64,000 bases of DNA from Planctomycetota bacterium (GTDB lineage Bacteria > Planctomycetota > MHYJ01 > JACQXL01 > JACQZI01), in assembly GCA_016207825.1 (NCBI GenBank), contig JACQZI010000005.1, forward strand, positions 108,949 through 172,948, read 5' to 3'. Of this stretch, positions 7,474 to 16,494 are shown one piece after another (position 1 is the stretch's first letter; each line of letters begins with the position of its first letter). A program made the position numbers and the translations under genes. The notes below the pieces were generated by a model. The model made no database searches. It was not told the origin of the DNA and saw only the letters and a list, made by a program, of their open reading frames with translations.

Positions 7474-8598
7474 TCACTGCGCGACCAGGATTTTATTCCG
7501 CCCGCTTTCTTTTGCCTGGTAAAGGTATTTGTCCGCTTCGTTTATCATGGACGGCATGCTGTCCAGTTCGCTCGTCCATTTGCAGACCCCGCCGGAAATG
7601 GTCAGCTTGATATGTTCGCTTCCGATATTAAATTCATGCCCTTCAATAATCGCCCTTAACCGCTCGGCAAAGAGATGCGCCGCCCGCGTCCCCACACCGG
7701 GCAACAAGACCGCGAATTCCTCGCCGCCATAGCGCACCGATGTATCAACACCCCTGGCATTGCCTTTAATAATGGAAGCCATTTCCTGCAGTATCTTATC
7801 CCCGGCGCTGTGCCCGTAACAATCGTTGATTTGCTTAAAGTGGTCTATATCCAGTAATACCAAAGATAGCAATCCGCCGTATCTCCTGGTGCGCGCCAGT
7901 TCATCCTCAAATACCTCCTTGAAATAGCGCCGGTTATAAAGGCCGGTCAATTCATCCTTGCCGGCGATTTCCGAAAGGCGCGTATGCCGGCTTTTCAGGT
8001 TGTTAATCAATCTGCAGGAGGCTTCCAATAAATCCGTCTGGGTAACGATGCCGCTCAAGACGCCGTTTTCCATTACCGGCAGCCTTCTGATGTGGTGGCG
8101 GTGCATCAATTCAAGCGCCGCGGAGATGGGCTTATCCGGGCTTGAGAAAATAATATGCTTGCTCATGACCTTGCCCAGTTCGGTGTGGAGGCTGCGCCCG
8201 CTGGCGACCTGCTTGACTATCGTGCTTTCGGAAACGATGCCCACGGGCTTATCCCGGTTGGTGACAACCACGCAACCGATGTGGTTCCGGCGCATCAGGC
8301 AGCAGGCGTCATAAATAGTCTGGTAAGGGGAAAGCGTCAAGACCGCCTTGTTTATATACGGCCTTATCGTTTCCTCTTTCCTGCCTGCGTCGGTGCTTGC
8401 CTGTGTCCCGATGCCTGCCTGTGCTACGGCAGACAGGTCCATCGGGGCAGACAGGCTTCGGCAGGCAGGCCTGCCCGCGGCAACGGTATTGTTTTCGGCC
8501 ATCTGCGTTAATCCAGGCATTTTTCCACCAATCCCATTATGAACTCCGCGTTCGGGGACGGTTTTGGAAATACCTTCCAAAAGAAAAGGATTACGCAT
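7474..8598 (-). CDS. diguanylate cyclase with tandem CBS domains (CBS-CBS-GGDEF)
   Basis: GGDEF domain with active-site RYGGEEF and an I-site-like RGVD five residues upstream. A CBS pair precedes it (IGCVVVTNRDKPVGIVSE..., RRLPVMENGVLSGIVTQTDL). ATG 8596-8598 is preceded by AGGAGGG. Confidence 0.85.
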   Translation of the reverse strand: MRNPFLLEGISKTVPERGVHNGIGGKMPGLTQMAENNTVAAGRPACRSLSAPMDLSAVAQAGIGTQASTDAGRKEETIRPYINKAVLTLSPYQTIYDACCLMRRNHIGCVVVTNRDKPVGIVSESTIVKQVASGRSLHTELGKVMSKHIIFSSPDKPISAALELMHRHHIRRLPVMENGVLSGIVTQTDLLEASCRLINNLKSRHTRLSEIAGKDELTGLYNRRYFKEVFEDELARTRRYGGLLSLVLLDIDHFKQINDCYGHSAGDKILQEMASIIKGNARGVDTSVRYGGEEFAVLLPGVGTRAAHLFAERLRAIIEGHEFNIGSEHIKLTISGGVCKWTSELDSMPSMINEADKYLYQAKESGRNKILVAQ

Positions 8599-8676
8599 AA
8601 TAACCCTCCTAACCCTAAAAATATCCCGCTTAATATATTCATATCTATCCTCCTATAATTGCGGCTGAAGAAGGCC

Positions 8677-8902
8677 TTCCGGCGCCGGGGGGTGAGTTCC
8701 GGCGGCCGGAATGAGCCTTCCCAGCGTAGGAAAGACGAAGACGCTCCCTACCAGGACTCCTGATAAATCGGGCGTCCCCGCAGTCTCCCGACGTAACGTC
8801 GGGGGACGGAGTGGGAGCTTTCTTTTATCTTCCCCTTTATGGATGTTCCCGTTTATATACATATTTATAATTACCGGGGATAATCCCGATATTAAATCGG
8901 GA
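8677..8902. repeat. cluster of GC-rich hairpin (REP/MITE-like) elements
   Basis: TTCCGGC...GCCGGAA (8677-8710); CCCGACG-TAA-CGTCGGG (8787-8803); TCCCGAT-ATTAA-ATCGGGA (8884-8902). Related words recur at 7419-7439 and 12380-12400. Confidence 0.5.
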
Positions 8903-8919
8903 CCATCCGCCTTTTCCAT

Positions 8920-10092
8920 CTAAAACTTAGATGTAAATAACATAGAATACTGGTCGTTTTCCTGCTTAACCGCACCGGTAGGAATTTCCTCCGTATTGGT
9001 CGTAAATTCCGCCTTAAGGTGGGTGTTGCCGGATAAACGGTATCCGACTCCCGCGGATATCCGCTTATATTCGGTGGCGTTAACGCCGTTAAGCGAGGCA
9101 AAGATAGTGTCTTTATCAAACGCTATCATGCTGTAACGCGCGGCAACGTATACTTTCGCGGTGGCGTTATAAAGGCCGTCCACGAAATAATAGGTGCCTT
9201 CACGGTCGGTTATCTGGACAATCGGGGCGGCTTTGTCGCTGCCGTCATCCTCGAACTGACCGTAAGCTACCCTGACATGGGCTTTGCTGTCGGAAAAAGC
9301 CGGCGCGCCGGGGCTTAAGCGGTTTTCCTTGCCCGGCTGGAAATCGTAGCGCAGGTCGATTTCCGTGATAGTCCGGCTCCAATGGGTTGCATTGGTCGGC
9401 CGTGACCCGAGTCCGGCGTATTTCACCTCGGCGTCCACCGCGGTGATTTCACCGGAATCGTAATAACTGCCCGAAACGTAAAGTTCCGGTATCGGATTGG
9501 CGCCCAGCTTGAAGCATAACGCCTTTCCCTGCTGGTCATCCGCACCGGAGCCCGTATTCCCGTTAAAGAAGCTCAGCGACCATTTAATCGGCACGCCGAG
9601 GTTTTCTTTGTGCAGACTTTGAGAAAGTTCTAATCCCTCATCATAGCCGGCAACTAATCCAGCGGAGTTGTTAATGACCACGCTTTCAACGGGATTGTCC
9701 GAGAAAGTCTCTTCACCGATATCCACCTTAACGCGGCCTATCTTAATAGCCGGATTAAAGGCGCTGTCTTTAAGAGAAGGCGCGAATTCGCTGAAAAGGT
9801 TTTTATACTGGATGTAAAAGTAATCCGGCGCGCCGACGGCGATATTGCTCAGGCTGAGCCTGGTCACAATGACCATATTTTCCTGCATCGTCCAGTTAAA
9901 CCGGAGTTTGCAGTCAGGCGCTTGGAACGAGCCGTCCTTGTAGCTTCCGTTTTCTTCGGAATCCAGATAACCTATCGCGATGCGCGAACCCTTAAAATCC
10001 ACGGTGGGCTTAAATTCATCCTGCGCGGAGACGCCAAGCGCCGTTGCTAACAGTAATCCAACCATTAATAAACCCAGGTATTTGTTTGCCAT
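8920..10092 (-). CDS. outer-membrane beta-barrel porin (possibly phosphate-selective, OprO/P-like)
   Basis: ATG 10090-10092 is preceded by AAGGAGGAAAG; the track start 10224 is upstream. Signal peptide is MANKYLGLLMVGLLLATALGVSAQ. The sequence has alternating beta-strand character and a C-terminal ...MLFTSKF. It is next to the PiT transporter and shares its upstream motif. Confidence 0.6.
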   Translation of the reverse strand: MANKYLGLLMVGLLLATALGVSAQDEFKPTVDFKGSRIAIGYLDSEENGSYKDGSFQAPDCKLRFNWTMQENMVIVTRLSLSNIAVGAPDYFYIQYKNLFSEFAPSLKDSAFNPAIKIGRVKVDIGEETFSDNPVESVVINNSAGLVAGYDEGLELSQSLHKENLGVPIKWSLSFFNGNTGSGADDQQGKALCFKLGANPIPELYVSGSYYDSGEITAVDAEVKYAGLGSRPTNATHWSRTITEIDLRYDFQPGKENRLSPGAPAFSDSKAHVRVAYGQFEDDGSDKAAPIVQITDREGTYYFVDGLYNATAKVYVAARYSMIAFDKDTIFASLNGVNATEYKRISAGVGYRLSGNTHLKAEFTTNTEEIPTGAVKQENDQYSMLFTSKF

Positions 10093-10250
10093 ACTTTCTT
10101 TCCTCCTTAGTATTTCATTAAGATTCTTTCCTACACAGGCCGCATTCCCGCCTGACCGGATGACCCCGTCCGAATGGATCGTCCGGGCGGACAGTCGGGC
10201 AGGTTCCCTTTTTGTTTCTTCCAATCTTTATCACCTCCTTTCTGGTTGCA

Positions 10251-10305
10251 ATTATAAAATAAGGAGGTTAAGGAAATATAAAAGTGCGGTTAAGTTTATG
10301 TTAAG
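10251..10305 (-). promoter_or_regulatory. promoter with direct-repeat (Pho-box-like) activator sites upstream of the porin gene
   Basis: On the minus strand, TATAAT (10251-10256) has no -35. CTTAAC boxes sit at 10267-10272, 10289-10294 and 10300-10305 (plus-strand GTTAAG), on an 11-bp register. The proximal box is exactly 10 bp from the -10. Confidence 0.45.
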
Positions 10306-10330
10306 GAAAGCAGGCTTCTATCGAACGTGA

Positions 10331-11347
10331 TTAGGAGAAGAGCATTACGAGCTTGGTGGTTAAGTAAGCGATTAAGGCACAGACAGGGAAAGTGAGTATC
10401 CAGGCCATAACCATCTGCCCGGAAACGCCCCAGCGAACGGCGCTCAAGCGCTTGGTCGCGCCGACGCCCATTATCGCCGTGTTAATCGTATGGGTCGTGG
10501 AAAGCGGTATGCCTAAGCGGGAAGCGACTTCGATAGTAATCGCGGCGCCTGTCTCGGCCGAAAAGCCGTGCACCGGTTCGAGCTTGGTCATCTTGAATCC
10601 CATTGTCTTCATTATCTTCCATCCGCCGAAAGCCGTGCCCAGCGCCATCATCAGGGCGCATATCAGGATAATCCAGAAAGGAACGCTGAAAGATTTGGAA
10701 AGGAAGGTTTCCATCGGGATAACCCCGCTTAAAGCCAGCGCAAGCGCGAATACGCCGATGAATTTCTGCCCATCGTTTGTCCCATGGCTGAAGGCCATGA
10801 AGGCGGAGGAAAGTATCTGTGCCTTGCCGAATATCTTGATACCTTTGGAGCGCTCGATGCGCGCGAACAGGCGGTAGATTAAAAACATGATAATAAATCC
10901 CACTCCGAATCCGAGGAAAGTGGAAAAGACCAGCCCCAGCAAAACCTTTTTCCAGCCCGCCCAGACCAGGACCGAAACTCCCGCTTTGGCAAGCCCGGCG
11001 CCGGTCAGTCCGGCTATCAGGGCGTGTGATTCGCTGGTCGGCAGTCCGAAAAACCAGGCGCCCGTGGAAAAGACTATTATGCCCAGCATCGCCGCGCCGA
11101 TGGTGGTGAGGTCAATGATTGAAGGATCGACGATTCCCTTGCCGATGGTCGCCGCCACGGCCGTGCCGGCCAAAAGGACGCCCAACAGGTTAAACACCAC
11201 GGTCATCGCCATCGCCTGCATGGGAGAAAGCACGCGGGTGGAAACGACCGTTGCCATGGCGTTAGGCGCGTCCGTCCAGCCGTTGACAAGCTCTCCCCAA
11301 AGCACCAGTAGTAAAACCACAATCAAACCAAATGAAATGCCGTCCAT
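10331..11347 (-). CDS. pit: inorganic phosphate transporter, PiT family
   Basis: 338-aa polytopic membrane protein with both PiT signatures (GWTDAPNAMATVVSTR and HGTNDGQKFIG). Confidence 0.9.
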   Translation of the reverse strand: MDGISFGLIVVLLLVLWGELVNGWTDAPNAMATVVSTRVLSPMQAMAMTVVFNLLGVLLAGTAVAATIGKGIVDPSIIDLTTIGAAMLGIIVFSTGAWFFGLPTSESHALIAGLTGAGLAKAGVSVLVWAGWKKVLLGLVFSTFLGFGVGFIIMFLIYRLFARIERSKGIKIFGKAQILSSAFMAFSHGTNDGQKFIGVFALALALSGVIPMETFLSKSFSVPFWIILICALMMALGTAFGGWKIMKTMGFKMTKLEPVHGFSAETGAAITIEVASRLGIPLSTTHTINTAIMGVGATKRLSAVRWGVSGQMVMAWILTFPVCALIAYLTTKLVMLFS

Positions 11348-11410
11348 AATTATCTTAATCCTTTCTCATCCGTCTTTTTCATTAATCTCTTTGTTTCTTT
11401 CATTGCCATT

Positions 11411-11454
11411 AGTATAAAAAATGCGTGTTAAGGAATTGTTAAGATTAGGTTAAA
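11411..11454 (-). promoter_or_regulatory. promoter with direct-repeat (Pho-box-like) activator sites upstream of pit
   Basis: On the minus strand, TATACT (11411-11416). Plus-strand GTTAAG at 11427 and 11438 and GTTAAA at 11449 give an exact 11-bp spacing. The proximal box is 10 bp from the -10, the same geometry as the porin promoter. Confidence 0.45.
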
Positions 11455-11539
11455 TATTAGTAAAGCTTCTCTATTAGTAATAGGCATTATTCTTTGTAAC
11501 AAACAATTCCTCTTGATTCTGGATTGTGAAAATAGATTC

Positions 11540-11637
11540 CCACGCCTTTACAGGCGTGGTTCTTACGGTTTCAAGCTTCGCTTGTCCAGCAACTTTGTTG
11601 CTGGAAACGGCTTTCACCCCCGCCTTCACAGGCGGGG
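11540..11637. repeat. three consecutive GC-rich hairpins (REP-like)
   Basis: CCACGCC-TTTACA-GGCGTGG (11540-11559), CCAGCAAC-TTT-GTTGCTGG (11586-11604) and CCCCGCC-TTCACA-GGCGGGG (11618-11637). The ORF 11513..11776 in the track is just a translation of these. Confidence 0.55.
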
Positions 11638-11674
11638 AACTCCCGCTTTATTAGAAGGTCTGGTTTGTGATTAT

Positions 11675-11925
11675 ATGAAATACGAAAGATACGGGATAAA
11701 AAGCCTGTCTGCCCGGAAAAGGGAAAAGAAACCGGCTCCCGGACAGCTTGACGAACTGATAAGTTTAAGCGGATAGTCCTTCATTCACAGCAAAGGCAAA
11801 TCCAAGCAATGGGAAGCCCGCTGGAGCTTTAAAAAGATGTCCGAATGGGTAAAACAAAACTTACGGATAGAATTATCTTCCGAACATATCAGGCGATTGG
11901 TGATGAAGAGGCTGAAAGCGAACTA
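11675..11925 (+). pseudogene. remnant of an IS630/Tc1-like transposase N-terminal HTH region (frameshifted, no DDE domain)
   Basis: Two frames read MKYERYGIKSLSARKREKKPAPGQLDELISLSG* and then ...ARWSFKKMSEWVKQNLRIELSSEHIRRLVMKRLKAN*. The second resembles the W-T-x-x-x-L-x-x-x-(I/L) ... S-x-x-T-(I/V)-x-R-x-L winged-HTH of IS630-family transposases (from memory). No catalytic domain follows. Confidence 0.4.
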
Positions 11926-12141
11926 ATACCTTGACGGGTCGTTTTCGTCAAAGTTCATCAGATACCGGTCTATAAACCGATGGATATCCGACATATCCTG
12001 CCACAATGCCCTTAAGTGGCGCTTTTCATGATCGTATTTATTCGTCCAGGAAGGGTTCCAGTTAGTATCGTATCCGATGCAACCAACGGCATTTAGTGTA
12101 AACATCAGGCAGATGATACCGAATATTATTTTAATTTTCAT
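11923..12141 (-). CDS. hypothetical small lipoprotein
   Basis: 72 aa. Signal plus lipobox-like MKIKIIFGIICLMFTLNAVGC. AGGAGG lies upstream of the ATG. Confidence 0.45.
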   Translation of the reverse strand: MKIKIIFGIICLMFTLNAVGCIGYDTNWNPSWTNKYDHEKRHLRALWQDMSDIHRFIDRYLMNFDENDPSRY

Positions 12142-12318
12142 AAACCGCCTCCTTTTATTGAACGATTGACTACCTATAATCTATATTTTAATTATGAATT
12201 GTCAAGAAATTTAACAACCGGATTTAGCTGATTTATCAGATTAATTAATCAGTTTAATCCTGTTGTTTATATGCCCCTATACTATTGATACTCATATAAC
12301 TAATGTCCGCTTCTCTGG

Positions 12319-12525
12319 GTCATTCCTGCCCCGCTCCTCCCGTCCCGCAAAAAGGGACGGGATTCGGGGACACCCCTCTGGCGAGGACGCCCGATTATGC
12401 TGACGTAGGGGCAACCGATAATAGGGACCTTCGGCAGAATGGGGCGAAAGCCCGCCTGACCGGACGGGCAGGCAGGAATCCAGGCTACTTGTAATCTTCT
12501 GGATTCGCGTTTACACGGGAATGAC
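12319..12525. repeat. composite MITE/REP-like element
   Basis: GTCATTCCTGCC (12319-12330) pairs with GGCAGGAAT (12471-12479). Inner hairpin is CCCGTCCC-GCAAAAA-GGGACGGG (12339-12361). An adjacent terminal word is GGATTCGCGTTTACACGGGAATGAC (12501-12525). The ORF 12303..12494 is a translation artefact. Confidence 0.45.
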
Positions 12526-12565
12526 GGTGCCCGGGTTTTTGAACATCCTTTTATGATTTGCTATA

Positions 12566-12976
12566 CTAAGAAAAATAAGCCTTAATGGCTTTGGCAATCT
12601 TTTCCATCCCGCCTTCGGGATAAGGGCGGGGAATCCATTCAAAGCGCAATCCGTCCCCCTTTTTGCGTGGGATGACGTGAATATGGAGATGCGGGATTAC
12701 CTGCCCGGCGCACCGGTTATTATTAATAAGCAGATTATAGCCTTCCGCCCCGGTTCCTTTGGCCACCGCGCCGATGACTTTATGAGCGGTTTTCATGAAT
12801 TCCGCCATGGCTTCAGGCGGAGCATCGAGAAACTCCGGGTAGTGTCCTTTGGAAATAACGAGCGTGTGCCCCGCGGCAACCGGATTGATATCAAGAATAG
12901 CCAAGGCGTTTTCGTCTTCGTATAATTTTGAGGAGGGGATCTCGCCCTTTATGATTTTACAGAAGACGCAGTCCAT
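12566..12976 (-). CDS. HIT-family (histidine triad) nucleotide hydrolase
   Basis: 136 aa with CxxC near the N-terminus (CVFCKI) and the histidine triad HLHIHVIP. Confidence 0.85.
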   Translation of the reverse strand: MDCVFCKIIKGEIPSSKLYEDENALAILDINPVAAGHTLVISKGHYPEFLDAPPEAMAEFMKTAHKVIGAVAKGTGAEGYNLLINNNRCAGQVIPHLHIHVIPRKKGDGLRFEWIPRPYPEGGMEKIAKAIKAYFS

Positions 12977-13054
12977 ATTTATTTATGAATATCCCCTTTC
13001 TCCCGCAGAAGCGGAATCAGGGGACGCTTGAATCTATTTACTTTAGTAGAAGCG

Positions 13055-13516
13055 CTATTTGCTGGTAGAGGCTACCTTTTTCTTTTCCTTCTTGCCTTTT
13101 TCCTTTTCGGCTTCCGGTCTGACAACGAGCTCTAAGATGGCGCGTTCGCCGTCATCGCCTAACCTGCGCGAAGCCCATTTGCCGGCTTTCTTCTCGCCTG
13201 ACCAGCGGCTTCCGCCCAGGCGCATTATCCGGGTATAGCCGCCGTTCCGGTCTTTAAAGCGCGGTCCTATCTCCGCGAAGAGCTTCTTGACCATGGCTTT
13301 ATCCTGAATATACGAAAGAACATAACGGTAATTGGACAGGGTCATAGTTTTTCCGCGGGTAATCAACTTTTCCGCCAGGTGGCGGAATTCCTTTGCCCGG
13401 TCAATCGTGGTAACGATTCTTTCGTGTTTAAACAAACTGCTGACAATATGGCGCGCCATCATATGGCGGTGGCTGGTCGTCACCCCCAGCTTCCTGCCTT
13501 TTTCTCCGTGCCTCAT
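13055..13516 (-). CDS. rplQ: 50S ribosomal protein L17 (with Lys/Glu-rich C-terminal tail)
   Basis: MRHGEKGRKLG...HRHMMARHIVSSLFKHERIVTTIDRAKEFRHLAEKLIT. Position after rpoA. Confidence 0.9.
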   Translation of the reverse strand: MRHGEKGRKLGVTTSHRHMMARHIVSSLFKHERIVTTIDRAKEFRHLAEKLITRGKTMTLSNYRYVLSYIQDKAMVKKLFAEIGPRFKDRNGGYTRIMRLGGSRWSGEKKAGKWASRRLGDDGERAILELVVRPEAEKEKGKKEKKKVASTSK

Positions 13517-13519
13517 TTC

Positions 13520-14539
13520 CTATTTACCTTTCTCGTTAAAAATAGTATTCAAATCCATGCCGAGCGATAAGCCCAGTTCGGCCAGTTTCTTTTTGACTTC
13601 CTTAAGGGAAGTCTTCCCGAAGTTGCGGGTTTTCAAGAGTTCGATTTCCTGCTTGGTGACCAGGTCGCCGATGGTTTGGATTTTACCGTAGGTAAGGCAT
13701 TTGGAAGACCGGACGGATAAATCGAGCTCGCTTACGGGCATGGCAAGCTTTTTCTTCAGTTCACCGCGGTATTCTTCCTTCTTGCGTTCTTCTTCTTCCT
13801 TTTTCTCGTCTATCTGCAATTCGCGCCCGATTTCCCAATACTGGACGAGCGGGTTTATATGTTTCCTGTATATTTTGGATGCCTGGACCAATGCCATTTC
13901 CGGCGTAATCGTGCCGTTCGACCAGATTTCCAAAGTCAGGCGGTCGTAATCGGTCACCTGTCCAACGCGGGTATTTTCCACCTTATAATTAACCTTGCTG
14001 ATAGGGGAAAACACGGTATCAACCGGAACAAAGCCTATTTCCTGTTCGCCTAATTCATTTTCTTCCGCGGTGACATAGCCCCTGCCCCTGCGTATATTAA
14101 GCTCCGCCGTAAAATCACGTTCTTCAACCAGCGTGGCGATGTGGAGATCCGGGTTCATTATTTCCACCATGGAATCCGCTTTGATATCCGCCGCGGTCAC
14201 CGCGCCTTTGCGGCTTTTCACTTCTATCACGAGTTTTCTGGGCTCATCGGAGTTAAGCTTGATAACAAGCCTTTTGATGTTAAGGACGATATCGGTAACA
14301 TCCTCCAAGACGCCTTCAATGGTGGTGAATTCATGGGGAACGTCCTTGATTCTTATCCCGGTAACGGAGGCGCCTTCTATCGAAGAAAGAAGAATACGCC
14401 GTAAACCGTTTCCGATGGTCACGCCGAATCCGCGTTCAAACGGTTCGATAACAAACCGGCCGTAAGTGGCGGAAAGGGTTTTTTCATCGCAGATTACCCG
14501 ATTGGGCAATTCAAATTCACGCCAGCGAGCTCTAATCAT
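13520..14539 (-). CDS. rpoA: DNA-directed RNA polymerase subunit alpha
   Basis: 339 aa with N-terminal FVIEPFERGFGVTIGNGLRRILLSSIEGA and a C-terminal alpha-CTD (LDLSVRSSKCL...). Conserved position. Confidence 0.95.
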   Translation of the reverse strand: MIRARWREFELPNRVICDEKTLSATYGRFVIEPFERGFGVTIGNGLRRILLSSIEGASVTGIRIKDVPHEFTTIEGVLEDVTDIVLNIKRLVIKLNSDEPRKLVIEVKSRKGAVTAADIKADSMVEIMNPDLHIATLVEERDFTAELNIRRGRGYVTAEENELGEQEIGFVPVDTVFSPISKVNYKVENTRVGQVTDYDRLTLEIWSNGTITPEMALVQASKIYRKHINPLVQYWEIGRELQIDEKKEEEERKKEEYRGELKKKLAMPVSELDLSVRSSKCLTYGKIQTIGDLVTKQEIELLKTRNFGKTSLKEVKKKLAELGLSLGMDLNTIFNEKGK

Positions 14540-14551
14540 TTTTTTATTCTC

Positions 14552-15178
14552 CTATCTTGAACAAAATTCTACAACCATCTGTTCGTTAACAGGCGCCAGG
14601 ATATCCGTACGTTTGGGCAATTGCGTTACCTGCAATTGCACCGGCTCTTCGGATAACTTCAACCAGGATGGAATTTGCTCTTTATTAATCGTATCCATAA
14701 ACGATTTGACTATTTTCATGCTCTTTTCCTTCGGTTTCGGCGTGATGATATCACCGGCATTTACGCTCATGGAAGGAACCGAAGCGCGTCGCCCGTTTAT
14801 ACGGATATGCCCATGGAATATCAACTGCCTGGCTGCAGAACGTGACGGAGCCATTTTCCCTAAGAAAATCGTATTATCCAGCCTTCGTTCCAAAATAACC
14901 AAAAGGTTCTCTCCGGTATTGCCGGTCTGCCTGGAGGCTTCCGTAAAATAATGCTTGAATTGCTTTTCCGCAACCCCGTAAAGGCGTTTCACTTTCTGTT
15001 TTTCCCTAAGGTGTTTTCCATAATCGGTAAAACGCGGCCTTTTCGCGCCATGCTGGCCGGGTATTTGCGGATTTTTTTCCATCGCGCATTTTGCGGTATC
15101 ACACCGATTGCCTTTCAAGAATAATTTAATGCCTTCGCGACGGCATATCCTGCAGTTTGCGCCACTTATTTTTGCCAT
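14552..15178 (-). CDS. rpsD: 30S ribosomal protein S4
   Basis: MAKISGANCRICRREGIKLFLKGNRC... plus an S4 RNA-binding domain. Synteny. Confidence 0.95.
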   Translation of the reverse strand: MAKISGANCRICRREGIKLFLKGNRCDTAKCAMEKNPQIPGQHGAKRPRFTDYGKHLREKQKVKRLYGVAEKQFKHYFTEASRQTGNTGENLLVILERRLDNTIFLGKMAPSRSAARQLIFHGHIRINGRRASVPSMSVNAGDIITPKPKEKSMKIVKSFMDTINKEQIPSWLKLSEEPVQLQVTQLPKRTDILAPVNEQMVVEFCSR

Positions 15179-15195
15179 TTCTAATACTCCTTGCG

Positions 15196-15251
15196 CCCCC
15201 GCCTACGGCGGGGGGAGCTCCCTATCGTCCCGCAGAGCGTAGCGGAGCGGG
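15196..15251. repeat. GC-rich hairpin pair (REP-like) inside the ribosomal operon (rpsK-rpsD spacer)
   Basis: CCCCCGCC-TAC-GGCGGGGG (15196-15214) and CCCGC-AGAGCGTAGCGGA-GCGGG (15229-15251). A related word is at 58985-59012. Confidence 0.5.
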
Positions 15252-15269
15252 GGAATTAAATAGTTTAGA

Positions 15270-15722
15270 TTATACCCTTCTCTTCTTGCGCGGGCGGCAC
15301 CCGTTGTGCGGAAGAGGAGTCACATCTTCTATAGATTTAATGGTCAGTCCTGATGCCTGGAGTGTCCTGATTGCCGAATCACGCCCCGCGCCCGGACCCT
15401 TTACCTTGACGTCAATTTCCTTGATGCCGAATTTCTTGGCTTTATCTGCGACGCTGGCCGCGGCTTTCTGGGCGGCAAAAGGCGTGCTTTTCCTGGAGCC
15501 TTTATAGCCGATTGTCCCGGCAGAAGCCGAACAAAGCGTTGCACCGGTAATATCGGTAATCGTGATAATCGTATTATTGAAAGTGGATTTAACGTGAGCC
15601 ACGCCGTGGGCGACTTCCCGCTTAATTTTCTTCTTGGCCGGCTTTTTTTCCGGCACCCCGGTACCGCCCTTTTTCTTTTCTTCGGCGCTTCCGTCGATTA
15701 CTTTCGCTTTTTGTGTTCTCAT
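15270..15722 (-). CDS. rpsK: 30S ribosomal protein S11 (Lys-rich N-terminal extension)
   Basis: [30 protein letters not shown]...RKSTPFAAQ. Synteny. Confidence 0.95.
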   Translation of the reverse strand: MRTQKAKVIDGSAEEKKKGGTGVPEKKPAKKKIKREVAHGVAHVKSTFNNTIITITDITGATLCSASAGTIGYKGSRKSTPFAAQKAAASVADKAKKFGIKEIDVKVKGPGAGRDSAIRTLQASGLTIKSIEDVTPLPHNGCRPRKKRRV

Positions 15723-15750
15723 ATTATTATTTTCTCCGTCAATTGATTAT

Positions 15751-16134
15751 TTATGTTTTAGCAAGAGACATCTTCTTGCCTGCTACCGTCTTACGAGGTC
15801 CCTTCCTGGTTCGGGCATTGGTCCGGGTGCGCTGCCCGCGGACGGGTAATCCCTTACGGTGCCTGAAACCGCGGTAACTGCCGATATCTTTCAAACGCTG
15901 GATATTCTGGCCGATCTGTCGCCGCAAAGCGCCTTCAACCACAAAATGCTTATCAATGATATTATTAATGCGTCCGAGCTGGTCTTCGTTAAGGTTTTTC
16001 ACCCTGATATTTTCATCGATATTAGCTTCCTTAAGGACTTTTTGCGAAAGGGTCTTGCCGATGCCGTAAATATACATTAAGCTGATTACCACTCTTTTAT
16101 TTGCAGGAATTTCCACCCCAGCGATACGTGCCAT
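15751..16134 (-). CDS. rpsM: 30S ribosomal protein S13
   Basis: [26 protein letters not shown]... Synteny. Confidence 0.95.
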   Translation of the reverse strand: MARIAGVEIPANKRVVISLMYIYGIGKTLSQKVLKEANIDENIRVKNLNEDQLGRINNIIDKHFVVEGALRRQIGQNIQRLKDIGSYRGFRHRKGLPVRGQRTRTNARTRKGPRKTVAGKKMSLAKT

Positions 16135-16155
16135 ATAAGATAGCTCCTTTTCTTT

Positions 16156-16269
16156 TTATCCTTGTCTTTGTTTATGACGCGGATTCGAACAGATAACTCT
16201 GATTTTGCCTTTGCGCCGGATAATCTGGCAATTTTCACAAATACGCTTTACTGACGGTCTTACTTTCAT
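16156..16269 (-). CDS. rpmJ: 50S ribosomal protein L36
   Basis: Below the track cutoff. Manual translation gives [37 protein letters not shown] (37 aa, CxxC...CxxxxH). Located between infA and rpsM. Confidence 0.9.
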   Translation of the reverse strand: MKVRPSVKRICENCQIIRRKGKIRVICSNPRHKQRQG

Positions 16270-16274
16270 GATTT

Positions 16275-16490
16275 TTATCCTCTGTAAACTATTCTGGCTT
16301 TATTCAAATCATAAGGGGATATTTCCAAAGTCACCCTATCCCCCGGAATAATCTTTATAAAATTCATTCTTAACCTGCCGGCCACATGGGCTAAAACCGT
16401 GTGGCCACCTTTTATTTCCACTTTAAACATTGCATTTGGCAAAGATTCTTTTACGATTCCCTCTGTCTTAATAAAATCTTCTTTTACCAT
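16275..16490 (-). CDS. infA: translation initiation factor IF-1
   Basis: 71 aa S1-like protein: [44 protein letters not shown]. Confidence 0.95.
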   Translation of the reverse strand: MVKEDFIKTEGIVKESLPNAMFKVEIKGGHTVLAHVAGRLRMNFIKIIPGDRVTLEISPYDLNKARIVYRG

Positions 16491-16494
16491 AGTC

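Noticed and set aside
10093-10224. Long N-terminal extensions in the ORF track (porin 10224, rpsQ 23425, repeat protein 23500, 40452, 48067, 50089, 56214, 56343, 60421, 5534, 20636, 3595).
   Set aside because: Several use non-ATG codons, cover promoters or repeats, or overlap the upstream gene. A downstream ATG with an SD, or with a -10 immediately upstream, fits better in each case.
12142-12565. Checked the long intergenic regions (5056-5285, 8599-8919, 11348-11922, 12142-12565, 34848-35490, 60398-61199) for tRNA, SRP RNA, RNase P or tmRNA signatures.
   Set aside because: I could not find a T-loop GGTTCGAATCC-type motif, a cloverleaf, or conserved ncRNA boxes by eye. The structured segments are better explained as REP/MITE-like hairpins. 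A covariance-model scan would be needed to be sure.
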